NCBI GenBank assembly: GCA_951406725.2
Contig: OX597819.1
Span: 83,638,001 to 83,702,000, forward strand
Reading direction: 5' to 3'
DNA from: Octopus vulgaris
Lineage: Eukaryota
Length of the DNA stretch: 64,000 nucleotides
Position numbers and translations under genes: made by a program. Each line of letters opens with the position of its first letter. Within the stretch, counting starts at the first letter, position 1. Positions 39,868-53,617 of the stretch are shown piece after piece. The notes under the pieces are model-generated. The model did not search any database. It was not told where the DNA came from and worked only from the letters and a program-made list of their open reading frames with translations.

Positions 39868-40317
39868 ATTGGGACTCTGCTCTTGGATTTCAAAGAGGAA
39901 GGACGTGTGTTCGTGAGCTGTAAATTTTTGTTCAATTTTTGCAGATAATATTGTTGTATCTGAAAATCTTTTCGACGGTTCAGTGCCCAGGCGGACTGGG
40001 TTCTTGCTGAGCTGATCGGTTAGGCAGGACTTTTTCCCCTTTTGGAACAAATTTTCAATTTAAATTCTCCATTTTTTCATTTTTCAATTTTAAAATTTGC
40101 AGAATGTCCTTGGAGAAGAGCGTCAGCTCTTCCTTTCTTTCAACTCCCCCCCATCCCCCACCTGCTGTCGAAAGACAGCCAAAAAAAGTTTGAAAATTGT
40201 CTCCGCCCACTCCGCGCCTTAAAAGGCAGCGAGAGGGACGGCTAAAGCCTTGCTAGCACGTGCAGCGCTGAGCAACAGAGGGAAAATAAAAAGAAGAAAA
40301 TAAAGACGAAAATAAAC

Positions 40318-41244
40318 TTGAGAAAGAAGAGGGGAAGAGCAAGGAAATTCAGCTGTGAATCCAACATTGAACACTCAACCACAACCCAATACATTAACAG
40401 CCGAGGTTATGCTTCAATGGCAAAACCTAGAGATGAATTCATTAATGTTTCTGTAGAATCTCTCAAAGACTACAGAAACATGTTAAAAAAAAGCGAAAGA
40501 TGTGTTTTGATAAACACACCTCCAGATATTATAGACAATACAGACAGTTGTACCATAGTGTACAAAACTATATCTTTAAAACACAGATGTTTAGAAACTT
40601 CCACAAAACAATCAGTTGAAAAGTGCTTGCAACCCATTTGGAAAGACGTAATATATCTGTCGAGGGGTATAAGAAATGTGGCACAATTGAAGTCAGATTT
40701 GCTACAAAGACGTAGTAAAACAGCACTCAACAGCCCAGCTGAGAAACAGTGAACTTGTCCAAGTTCAACATACTTGAGACGGCATGTCGTCAAGATAAAA
40801 ATACTGGTGATACCACCAGAAATGAACGCTTGCTGGATTGTCGCAGCCGTCCTCCTCGACTTGGAAGATAAAATCAGAATCATCCAAGTCGAGAAACACA
40901 GAAAAAACAACTAGACTGGTCAGGAATTGCAAATAATGGTCCAAATAAACGAAGACGTTTTGGAACAAATTCTCTCCAGATGTCACTATGCTGAGCGTCA
41001 CAGTTGAGGGCAGAAGGCCAAGATGTCATCAATGCGGACAGAATAACCACCTGAAAGCCTTCTGCCCACAACTAAAACAGAAGGATGGCACTACCCTCTT
41101 GATACAAGTACCACCCACACCGCAATAACTGAAGCAATCTCAACTACAGAAGCAACCCCAACAACAAAAGCAGCTCAAAGAGAAGAAAGCAGAGAGGGCT
41201 CCGGCAAAAACACCACCACTTACTACTCAAGAGACAACAACGTC

Positions 41245-41276
<32 letters not shown>

Positions 41277-42098
41277 GAGCAACAAAAATATCAGCAAATT
41301 TCGACCCACTGGAACTACTCCTTTCCCAACTCTGACCACTCAGACATGTCGTGCTGAGAGGCCGACAGAATTGAGTGGACAGAAGTCACATGTAAAAGAC
41401 TAAGAAAAAGGCACAACAGTTCACCAACAAATAAACAAGCTGTACCCCCAAAAAGCAATCAAAATCACCCGAAAACAACAACTCACAAACACCCACGCTT
41501 CCAGCACTTTCACCATCACTACCAACACTACAGACACAACTAAAAGTACAAGGCACAACAGGGTCAATACAAAAAGTAAACGAAAATAAAAACACCACAA
41601 AACACACCGCCATAAACATAGACAACACAAACTTACTTTTATACATAAAGAAAAATACAGACATCATATGACTGACTTTGTTTCCTCTACGGATGACACA
41701 CTGCCACCACACATACAGATACTTTGAACATCGTAACATACATACAGCAACATAAAATCCAAATTTCCAAAGGCGATTGGAGGCTTCAACACGAAAGTGT
41801 CCTGGAGCCGCTATAAATCCTTTTAAGGCGGCGAGCTGGCAGAAACGTCAGCACGCCGGGCGAAATGCGTAGCCGTATTTCGTCTGCCGTTACGTTCAGA
41901 GTTCAAATTCCGCCGAGGTCGACTTTGCCTTTCATCCTTTCGGGGTCGATAAATTAAGTACCAGTTACGCACTGGGGTCGATATAATCGACTTAATCCAT
42001 CTGTCTGTCCTTGTTTGTCCTTTCTGTGTTTAGCCCCTTGTGGGTAGTAAAGAAATAGCTATAAATCCTTGGTCATGGAGATCACCACATCCCACTAG
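40318..42098 (+). pseudogene. L1/Tx1-clade ORF1 remnant with CCHC zinc knuckle
   Basis: 40988 onward reads MLSVTVEGRRPRCHQCGQNNHLKAFCP (CX2CX4HX4C at 41024-41065); upstream VVKIKILVIPPEMNACWI; Thr-rich C-terminal region; frameshifts and a SINE insertion. Exact start and stop uncertain. Confidence 0.8.
41823..42057 (+). mobile_element. SINE family B2, full length, 13-bp TSD
   Basis: GCTATAAATCCTT at 41810-41822 and 42058-42070; TGGCAGAAACG A-box-like and GAGTTCAAATTCC B-box-like motifs. Confidence 0.93.
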
Positions 42099-42181
42099 AG
42101 GGGCGGGAAATCTGCCCCGCTCCCACCCCAGAGTGCTAACGGTAAGTAGTCCTCTCCTTTTTATCCTTACCAGCCGCTCAA

Positions 42182-42235
42182 ATGGTCATACTCAAGATAG
42201 GTTGCATAAATGTTCGTGGCCTGGGGGTCCCCTTA
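42182..42235 (+). pseudogene. First codons of L1/Tx1 ORF2 (APE endonuclease N-terminus), 3'-truncated
   Basis: ATG at 42182 gives MVILKIGCINVRGLG, matching the conserved (L)xIxxxNVRGL start of LINE APE domains, ~80 nt after the ORF1 stop. Confidence 0.8.
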
Positions 42236-42480
42236 GAAACAAGGTCAACTTTGCCTTTTATCCTTTCGAAGGCGATAAAATAAGTACCACTTGAGCACTG
42301 GGGTCGATGCAATCGACTTACCTTCCCCACCCCGAAATTGCTGGTCTTCAGAATGGATTATAGATGCAATGTGTGCATACGCGTATGTGTGTGTATACAT
42401 AGGAACATTGAAATTACACGAATTTGCATAATTACTTTTTCCAACTCTATTATATAAATACTAATTATATCCAATTCAAA

Positions 42481-42872
42481 ATCTTTTATCTTTTATTTGT
42501 TTCAATTATTAGACTGCGGCCATGCTGGGGCACAACCTTGGAGAGTTTTTGGCCGAATCAATCGACCCCAGTACCTTTTTTAAAGCCTGACACTTATTCG
42601 ATCATTATCTTTTGCCAAACCGCTAAAATCCGGCGACGTAAACAAACCAACATCTGTTGTCAAGTAGTGATGGGGGGGGGGTGAACACAGGCACCAATAC
42701 ACACACACACACGATGGGCTTCTTTCAGTTTCCGCCAACCAAATCTACTAAGAAGGCTTTAGTCGCCCCAAGGCTATAGCAGAAGAGAGTTACCCAAGGT
42801 TCCACGCAGTGGGACCGAACCCGGAGCTATGTAGTAAGGAAGCAAATTTCTTACATCCAGCCACGCCTGCAC
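42481..42872 (-). mobile_element. SINE family A, diverged
   Basis: Head and tail recognisable. Confidence 0.8.
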
Positions 42873-43251
42873 TTATATATATCATTTATAAACCGAAGCT
42901 TAGTTTAAGTTGGTTTTACAAATGTAATTATTTGTTCTACGCTGTTGAGAGCTCTCTCTTGTAGCTCTTTGTTTTGTTGGTGGGAGCAGTGATATTTAAA
43001 AGGTTTAAAAACTCATGTGATGAATTTACGTAATTAGGTTGTCAGATAAATTCGTTCGTTCCGTCACCACTACTACCACCAACATCATCACCACCACTAC
43101 CATCATTTCCCCCTTTCCAATGTTATTTGAATTAGAACGAAAAATATTTGCTTCATAGTGTTTTTTGGTTTTCTTGTGGCTCTATTCTTCCTTTATGACT
43201 TCGGCTTATCGTCTTTAAAAGCTAAATAAATTTTAACTCTTTTTCAAAAAC

Positions 43252-43760
<509 letters not shown>

Positions 43761-44161
43761 TGTAGTGTCTAAAATAAAACGAATTTCTCTGACAATCCTA
43801 ATAGTTGAAACGCACAGACAAACATAACTACGATTGTATATATAAGAAAAAATAAACTGTTTATTACTAAGTATGTTTGTATTCATTTACTACATCCCAC
43901 TGCCGTCGACCCCGTAATCCAAAGTCATGTCGTTGACCTCTTCGAGTTATTTCCTCTTAGCTCTTTTTCGATGTATGTGTGTCTCTGAACATGCATATGT
44001 TATGCATAAATATACATGCATATATGCATATATTCACACACACGCTCGTGTGCGTTTTCTTTTTCTTCAGATTTTAAAAATATAAATAGCATGTTTTAAG
44101 AAAATCTTTCTTCGTAAATTGTTAATGTATTTAATTTTTTTTTCTAGAAACAAACACAACC

Positions 44162-44945
<784 letters not shown>

Positions 44946-45487
44946 TTGTATTGAAACGTATGCAAAACGAATATATGCGTGTGTGTGTGTGTGTGTGCAC
45001 ATGCACACCCACTCATATATATGCACATGCATAAAATACGCAAGCACACACAAAACACACACACACACGCGCGGATATATATGCATACACACACACTCAT
45101 GAACACACGCGTTGGCGCGCGCATGTATGCTTACATGTAAAGATGAGGAGTGTGAGAGAACGATAAAGAAGGCAAGGAAGTGGCTGCTGTTTCCAAGATT
45201 TAGTTCACGCTAAAGAATTCTGACGCTGTATTCGACATTTCGGCGGGGTTTTCAAAAATTTTCCGCGCATGTTAAACTTTTGGCGCCGAATTAGATATAA
45301 CAGTTGCACTTACCGTATCAAATTTTCTGCTTAATTATATTTAGAACCATCGCACGTGATTATTAACATTTCATTTTTTTTTTTAATAGGAATATGCTTT
45401 TCAGAAGTATCACATACATTACATAGAGATAAAATTTTATTTAAATACACTAAAACCACAGACAAATTTATATTTTTTACTCATACT

Positions 45488-45860
45488 TATTTTACTTGTT
45501 TCAGACATTTGATTGTGGCCATGCTGGAGCACCGCCTTTAGTCGACCAAATCGACCCCAGAACTTTGTAAGCCTAGTACTTATTCTATCGGTCTCTTTTG
45601 CCGAACCGCTAAGTTACGGGGACTTAAACACACCAGCATCGGTTGTCAAGCGATGTTAGGGAGACAAACACTGACACACAAACATGTGTATATATACGAC
45701 GGGCTTCTTTCAGTTTCCGTCTACCAAATCCACTCACAAGACTTTGGTCGGCCTAAGGCTATAATAGAAGACACTTGCCCAAGGTGCCACGCAGTGTGAC
45801 TGAACCCGGGACCATGTGGTAGGTAAGCAAGCTACTTACCACACACCCACTCCTACGCCT
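45488..45860 (-). mobile_element. SINE family A with a minimal internal microsatellite
   Basis: Full-length match. Confidence 0.9.
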
Positions 45861-46339
45861 CATCTTAACCAAAAATGTATTGGATCGAGTCAATTTGCAA
45901 TAAAATCTCTTATTATCTTTTAAAAATTCTAAATACGTAGTTTTATAATTATATTTCTGAACGGAGAAACCGTTTATTTTTTACTTGCTTCAGTCATTGG
46001 GCTGCGACCAAGCTAGGTCACTGCCTTGAAAGGGCTTAGTTGAACAAATGGACCCAGTAATTACTTTTGTAAGCCTGGTACTAATACTATCGGTTGCCTA
46101 TGCTGAACCGCCAAGTTACTGGGACGTACACAAACCTACAACGGTTGTCAAGCGGTGGTGGAGGACAAATAGGCTCAAAGACACACACACAAATATGTGT
46201 GTGTGTGTGAAAGAGAGAGAGAGTGTGTGTGTGCGTGTAAAAAATAAACGGTTTCTCCGTTCAGACAACAAGGAAAATGCCACTTGTACTGAACACAATA
46301 CAATATTCTTTTAAAAAAGTTTTCTTTTAATTTTTCTAA

Positions 46340-46443
46340 ATTTAATCGTTTAATTGTTACAGTTGAAAACGTCTCAATGACTGAAACCGGTACTGAAATG
46401 TTTTTTATTAAATCATTTTAGCTTTTTCTATCGTGACTTTTTT

Positions 46444-46511
<68 letters not shown>

Positions 46512-46580
46512 CAAAGATGTATAAGTTTCAATTCATTACGGCCGTTTCGAGCGATTCCTTTAATTCATCAGTGAAAGCAT
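46340..46580. mobile_element. Two Penelope-like termini with hammerhead-like motifs converging on one (TA)n
   Basis: Plus 46360-46395 CAG-ttgaaaa-cGTC-tcaat-GACt-GAAACCGGTA-CTG; minus 46532-46575 TTCA-CTGATGA-...-GAAACGGCCGTA-ATGAA. Confidence 0.6.
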
Positions 46581-46688
46581 TACACTATTACAAAGAAAAC
46601 CGTTCTCATCAGATCACCCCATAGACTTCAAGCATAAAAGACAAGCTAGATATTTAAACCTATTCATATCATCAATAGAGAGTAAATA

Positions 46689-47982
46689 CGAGGGACGTTC
46701 AATGAGTAATGTCCCTGATCCACTTGCAGTTGTTTGATCTAGCTGAAATTTTGCATGTGCAATTATTTATATCTCTATAAATTAAGTGGCAAATTACAGC
46801 TCTGAACTAATTGTGGTTTCTGATTTACAGATGTTTGAACTGAGTCAAGTGTGAAATGGAGCCTGTTGAGTGTCGAGCAGTGATCCGGTTTTTGTATTTG
46901 AAAGGACGCACACCACGGGAGACTTTTGATGAAATGAAAGTAACTTATGGTGATGATGCCCCATCATATGATCTTGTAAAACGCTGGCATCGTGAATTCA
47001 AACATGGTCGGAACTCTGTGGAAACAGCTCCAAGATCTGGTCTCCCCCCCTTCTGTCATTGATGAGGCATCTGTCCGTCAAGTTGAGGCTGCCATTTTGG
47101 AAGATCGACGCATAACTATTCGCCAAATAGCCCATGAGGTCAAGATTAGTACCGGGTCTGTGGAAACTATCATTCATGACTATTTGCATATGCAAAAGGT
47201 GTCTTCCAGATGGATTCCCAGGTTGCTCACGCCTTTCCAGAAGCAAGAACGCGTCGAGTACTCGAGGATGAATTTGGAGATATGCCAAGAAGATGAGTCA
47301 AAATTTTTCGAAAGACTGATTACACAGGATGAAACCTGGGTCCATCACTATGATCCAGAGACCAAAGCCCAGTCAATGCAGTGGAAGCACCGTGACTCAC
47401 CTCCTCCAAAGAAGGCAAGGGTGCAGCCCTCCGCTGGCAAGGTCATGCTCACAGTCTTCTGGGACCAGGACGGAGTAGTGATGACAGATTTCTTGGCAAA
47501 GGGTACCACAATTACAGGAGCCTATTATGCTTCACTTCTAGGGAAATTAAGAGAAGCTATCAAAATCATAGAGGCGGGGCAAGATCAGCAAAGGCATCCT
47601 CCTCCTGCAGGACAACGCTCCGGTCCACAACTCGCTTGTCGCCAGATCAGAAGCACAGGCGTGCAGCTATGAACTCCTCCCCCATCCCCCTACTCTCCTG
47701 ACCTTGCACCCTCTGATTTTCACCTCTTCCCAGCCATGAAGTTGTTTTTGAAAGGAAAGCGTTTCCCAGATGATGCAGCCTTGATTTCTGAAGTCACGTC
47801 GTGGTTGGAGAACCAAGCTGGGGTCTTCTACAAAAACAGTCTCCAGGGCTGCATCAAACGATGGGAGAAATGTGTAACTCTGGGTGGTTCCTATGTAGAA
47901 AAAGACTAATAACTGTGCCAAGTTTCGTTGCTCTACTGCTATGAGAAGTGGGTCAGGAGTATTACTTATTGAACGCCTCTCG
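46689..47982 (+). mobile_element. Mariner (DD34D) DNA transposon, copy 2, full length
   Basis: TIRs homologous to copy 1; TA TSD at 46687-88 and 47983-84. Confidence 0.97.
46856..47909 (+). pseudogene. Mariner transposase with three frameshifts (~47047, ~47569, ~47688)
   Basis: Colinear with copy 1; QDETW, QDNAPVH and YSPDLAPSDFHLF present. Confidence 0.95.
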
Positions 47983-48658
47983 TATTTACAATGATTCCGC
48001 TGCTAAATTTTTTTGGCAGAATGAAAAAAAGTGCTGTACAGCGGTCGTGAAACCAGAAATTAGCATAAGCTAAAGGAGGGGATGAATAAGAGTAGTGAAC
48101 CCGTTATCTACACATCGAAGACAATAGGGAGAATGTAGCCTTCAAAACAACTAAAATTAGATCTTTGGAGAGTTATAAATTAATTATAGTATCATGACAG
48201 ACCGTTCTACTATCTAAGAAAATGGAACTTTACATCCGGCTATATCAACACCAAAGGGTAGGTCATGGGGTGGTAAACGAGAATGTATGATGGGGGAGTG
48301 GTGATAATATAAAGAAAAGAGGGGATGGAGATAGCTTAAAGGGGAGTGCATACACACACAACGGGTTTCTTTTAGTTTCCATCTACCAAATCCACTCATA
48401 CGGCTTTGGTTGGTCTGGGTAGAAAACATTTGTTCAAGATACCATACAGTGAGGAGACTGAACCCAGAACCATGCGGTTGAGAAGCAAACTTCCTACTAT
48501 ACAGCCACTCCCACGTCTGTAAATTTTGCAAGTAGTTCTTCTATGTCTAATGTGGAGGAAGAAATACATTTAACTAAATTTTTTAGATGAAAACGCCGAC
48601 GCTACACTTTACTCAATTTTACTCACACACACGCACACACACACATACACAAGTTATC

Positions 48659-48890
48659 AGTTTACTGAACTCTGCATGCACAAATTCGTTTAATCTCCTA
48701 CTGGTTTCAGACTGGAGCTGCGGCTTCTAGGGTTTTATTGATATCGATTCCAGTACTTCTTTCAATCGGTACTCGTTTTATCATTCTCCATCTGTCGACT
48801 TGCTTTGTTATAGGATTTAAAAGTACTCAATATAAAGACAGGCATTAGACTGGTGTAAATACAAAGATGCGTTGATACACACACACATGC
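48659..48890 (-). repeat. Inverted copy of the 3661-3887 repeat
   Basis: Shared sequence blocks listed under 3661-3887. Confidence 0.8.
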
Positions 48891-48948
48891 ACACACACAT
48901 GCACACACACACACACACGCACGCAGACACATGCACACACAAATACAC

Positions 48949-49032
<84 letters not shown>

Positions 49033-49529
49033 TTCTTGCGTTACCTAGTTGAAGACTTTGATTTCCTCTCACTTTGGTTCCCATTTCTATATATTTATTT
49101 ATGTATTTATATATTATTTTGTGTTGGTAATGTAGTGTACTGTTGCGTGGGTAGAATAAGGCATAAATGTATGTGCTTATGTGGAGTTGATGAGTAGTAT
49201 TATTGGTGGCAGGATGAATGTGTACGGAGACAGGATTGTGAATGTGTACAGAGACGGGGTGACAGCGTGGGTGGGGGGAGACGTTAAGAGGGAATATAGT
49301 GGTATTATACGAAAACAACGTGGTTATTTATCCCAGACCGGTAGTCAATTTTAAGGCGAAAAGTTGTCGCTCGCGACGCAGACAAATAACATGGTACATG
49401 ACAATATTGCAGATGGTGAGATGCACTGAGGGGGTGATTAATCCTGCTCAAAGTGGAACCGAATATTTGAAGTTGTTTATTTCTTCAAATTCTCGACCGC
49501 TCAATAACATATTGGTTGTTGTTTTCTAG

Positions 49530-49800
49530 CTGTGGCTATTAATTAGAATCTTTTTTTTTTTATCTGACCTGACTTCCGTTCCATATGCTCTTGGCATTCT
49601 TTCCAGTTTGGTAGTGAGATCCTGAAGTCCTGCTTCGCTGCCTCGCATAAGGTCGTTATTGTCAGCAAAATGCAGGCTGCAAAGAAATGGCCTCGTCCGA
49701 TGGAAATGTAAGTGTAGAAGCCACACGTAGTGTCTCCTGCATAATGTTTCTCCAAAAGATGTTGAGGATGTTGAAAAGTACTGGCGATGGCTTCAGTCTC

Positions 49801-49803
<3 letters not shown>
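49530..49803 (-). pseudogene. RTE-clade RT fragment
   Basis: SPVLFNI..NIMQETL / ISIG / LCSLHFADNNDLMRGSEAGLQDLTTKLE...AYGTEVRSDKKK matches RTE LSP.LFNI...NLRFADDIDL..G.E.ELQ...AYGME.S.EKSK. Confidence 0.85.
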
Positions 49804-49840
<37 letters not shown>

Positions 49841-50099
49841 TAAAACGGTAAGATAACAAAAGAAAGAAATATATATATATGTATGTATGTATGTATGTAT
49901 TTTGTATATGAAATTCAATGTGTGTTTATCCATTTGTGGGTTGCCGTTTTGAAGAGAAAACAGTACGTGTGGAGTTTTCCAGGATGTCTGGGTGTGAGAA
50001 CCCTCAAAATAGAAGAATTTCAATTTTATTTTTTGCTATAGCAACACATTAAAGAAACTTCTCGCTATGTTGGACGAGAGACAATAAGAAAATAATTCG

Positions 50100-51410
50100 G
50101 AATGTCCTGTATCTAGAGATCGAAATTATTTCTGAGTGTTTATTGATAAGCTGGAAGTCGTAAAACAGGATTTTATATTATTTCAATATACAATGTTAGC
50201 AGTGATCATGTTTTGTGTGTAACATGTGTTAGAGTTTTTTTAGGTGCTATATGTATGCGGATAAAGAAGTAAAAACAATCATGTCAAGTTCCGAAATGAA
50301 TTTTGTATACTGTTTACATTGTTATTTATTTTTTTTGTGTAGTACGTCGTTAATATAACGTAGGAAGAGATATGCTGGTTTTAAACATGCACCGTATATT
50401 ATAAATTTTGTTTAGTTGTTTCTTTGTAACATGCAGATGCTTGAATTGATGCAGTTGTTGTTTAAAGTGTTTTGGTGGTTGTGTTCTTTTAATCTAAAAA
50501 ATTTCATTGTATGTACCTGTAAATTGGCAGATGTGTCTGGTGAGGGAATAGATTAATGCTGCATTGCTTTGGTGTAATATTCTGTAATATTTACGGTGCG
50601 GTGGGAAGTATTTGTGTAATAATTTAAAGAGATGTCTGGTTACGAGCTTTTGCATGTTATAAAGTAGGTTATACCAATTTATATGTCTTTCTTTTATGTT
50701 TTGCAGAATGAAATTGTACGCTTGCAACGTGCTTAACTTGTTCAATACATCCATCTTTTTTGTACGGCTTTGTGGCGGTACACAAAATTTTATTTGGAAG
50801 CTTCTGCATTAGAAAGGAGGGTAGCTTTGGCGATATGTTCCTTACAGAATTTTTAATAATGCTCTTAAGGTGCTCAGAATATTTTTTAGTATAGTTAAAA
50901 AATTTTCTGGTAGCTCTTCGTTGGGAGAGTATAGTGATTTCTTAATATTGAGTGTAGCATCTATGAAGTTGATTATTTATTACAGAAAAGCTCAATTTCT
51001 TGAAGAATTTTTGCACTTTTACTAACAAACTCGGTGTTTTGTGAACCAAATTATCTAAAAACCAATAAACCATACAATCCTGTGAATACAAAATAATTCT
51101 CGTACACATCTTCTATGATATAAAGGCCTACTACGTTCTTTGCTTTGTCTGAACCCTTTGCTTTCTTTTACTTACGCCGAAAATGTCAGTATTTCCCTCT
51201 TTAATCTGAAGTGCAGTGTTATGGAATAGAAAGCTTTCCTAAACTCAAGTAATGTACCAACTTTCATTTCGTTGTAGTGAATAATAGTAGTAAAATGGTT
51301 GGGATTGTCGGTGACTAATATTCCCTAATATCAATAGTCTTTAGTTGATAACTACCCTTATGCTTTTTTTCTATTTTCCTCTCAGCAATGCTCAATGGCA
51401 AACTATTACT
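50100..51410 (-). pseudogene. Heavily decayed Penelope-like element ORF (RT, linker, GIY-YIG region)
   Basis: VVGLYII, INFIDATLNI..LYSP, ERHINWYNLLY...LFKLLHKYFPPHRKYYRILHQ...LIYS (~RNIIWFNPPY...FL.LI.KHFP..H.L.KIFN....ISYS), TSLSAYI*HLK, LINKHSEIIS. Confidence 0.75.
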
Positions 51411-51767
51411 TATGTCCAAACCTCATACCGCACAGATCTGACGACAAGCTATTCAACACTGACAGAAACCGTGCTAAAACAAAGACGACTACATCGGTAA
51501 CTGAACATCCCTGCGCATGTGAAGTGCCATAGAGATAGTATAACTTGAACAGAACTACGGGCAATTACCGATATTTTCGCTGATGCAGCATGAGAGTATT
51601 GATCTTACTCTAAACAATATGCATACACACATGTACTTACACAGATGCATATTCATGTACACATACATACATACATACATACATACATACATACATACAT
51701 ACATACATACATACATACATACATACATACATACATACATACATACGTACATACATACATACATATA

Positions 51768-51798
<31 letters not shown>

Positions 51799-52096
51799 TT
51801 GAAGGGCTAACTGTGAAACTAGTAGCTACTACCAAATTATGGACCCAAAACATAGATCGTGAAGTCATAAATGTTTATTTCTTAATTTTATTGATTCGTG
51901 GTGAATTGTATTGTTTCGCTTAGTTGATGCCAAACGAAAATGAAGTTAAAGTGAGTAATGGAATATATAATGAACAATTATAGAACAATCTAGAAATCCT
52001 TGACGGTTGGTCCTTATTAGACCAGGAGACTTTTCTGTTGCTAAATTTTCAAAATAAAGTAAATTTATATTTTTTAAAAATGGCATGGTTGTGTGT

Positions 52097-52229
52097 AGGC
52101 GCACATATAGCTGTGTGGGTAAGAAACTCGCTTTGTACCTTCTTGGGCAAGTGTCTTCGACTGTAGCTCAGGGATGACCAATACCTTGTAAATGAATTTA
52201 GTTGTAGACAGCTGCATGGGAGCCCGTCG

Positions 52230-52328
<99 letters not shown>

Positions 52329-52550
52329 TTCCCTGTATCTGTGTACGTGTGTGTTTGTCCCCGCTTCTCTCGCTTGACAACCAGTGGTGTTTTGTTCACA
52401 CCCCCGTAACTTAGTGGTTCGGTGAAAAAAACCGTTAGAATACGTATCAGGACCTTTGAAAAAAGTACAAGGATCGATTTGTTCGACTAGAAACCTTTCC
52501 AGGCGGTGTACCCGCATGACTGAAGATCTATGACTGAAACACGTAAAAGT
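52097..52550 (+). mobile_element. SINE family A, diverged, with internal (TATC)n(TGTC)n
   Basis: Head, CTTGGGCAAGTGTCTT segment and tail recognisable. Confidence 0.78.
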
Positions 52551-52909
52551 TAAATGTTAAATATACATTAAGTAGGAGTTAGTGGAGAAAATGAAAGCGT
52601 GATGATAGAGGTGCTTTGAGGGAGGTACATCGTTAAAAAGAAGAAGAGAAATAGAGTAAGAGATCTAAGAGTCGAGTGGTATAAATGAAAATAGAATGTT
52701 AATTGTATGTATGTATGGTCTTTTTCTGTGTATGTAACAGTAACAAAGAAGACAGGAAGAGGAAGCAGTTCGAACCTAAAAAGAGTGGGGAGAACGTGAG
52801 TAAAATAGAGAGAATAGTCCAAACGCTTAGTGGGGGTGTTTTCAACAGAAGAACGAATAATTGTGGGTGAGATATGCTAGATCTAAAATATTGGCGAGTA
52901 TAAATCGAT

Positions 52910-53613
52910 AAAGCGGCGAGCTGGCAGAATCGTTAGCACGCCGGGCGAAATGCTTAAGCGGTATTTCGTCTGCCGTTACGTTCTGAGTTCAAATTCCGCC
53001 AAGGTCGACTTTGCCTTTCATCCTTTCGATATAATCGACTAAATCCGTTTGTCTGTCCTCGTTTGTCCTCTCTGTGTTTAGCCCCTTGTGGGTAGTAAAG
53101 AAATAGGTATTTCGTCTGCCGCTACGTTCTGAGTTCAAATTCCGCCGAGGTCGACTTTCATCCTTTCAGGGACGATAAATTAAGTACCAGTTACGCACTG
53201 GTGTCGATATAATCGACTTAATCCGTTTGTCTGTCCTTGTTTGTCCTCTCTGTGTTTAGCCCCTTGTGGGTAGTAAAGAAGTAGGTATTTCGTCTGCCTC
53301 TACGTTCTAAGTTCAAATTCCGCCGAGGTCGACTTTGCCTTTCATCCTTTCGGGGTCGATTAAATAAGTACCAGTTACGCACTGGTGTCGATATAATCGA
53401 CTTAATCCGTTTGTCCTTGTTTGTCCTCTCTGTGTTTAGCCCCTTGTGGGTAGTAAAGAAATAGGTATTTCGACCGTCTTTGCATTCTGAGTTCAAATTC
53501 CAGTGAGGTTGACTTTGCCTTTCATCCTTTCGGAGTTCGATAAGATATGTACCAGTCGAGCACTAGGATCAATGTAATTGACTTACCCTTCTCCCGAAGT
53601 TTCAGGCCTTGTT
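52910..53613 (+). mobile_element. Tandem array of SINE family B: three B2 units followed by a B1 remainder
   Basis: Junctions AAGAARTA|GGTATTTCG at 53106, 53284 and 53464. Confidence 0.92.
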
Positions 53614-53617
53614 CCTT

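Noticed and set aside
45240-45320. E2F/CHR-like motifs and a minus-strand GTAAGT donor suggesting a promoter or first exon
   Set aside because: Short motifs expected by chance; no associated exon or ORF found.
51437-51475. Hammerhead-like CTGACGA...GAAAC near the PLE remnant
   Set aside because: No stem II or stem I pairing; likely chance. The same applies to CTGATGA near 18699 and 10355.
52910-53613. CRISPR-like array
   Set aside because: Units are ~150-180-bp SINE bodies with no unique spacers and no cas genes; eukaryotic context.
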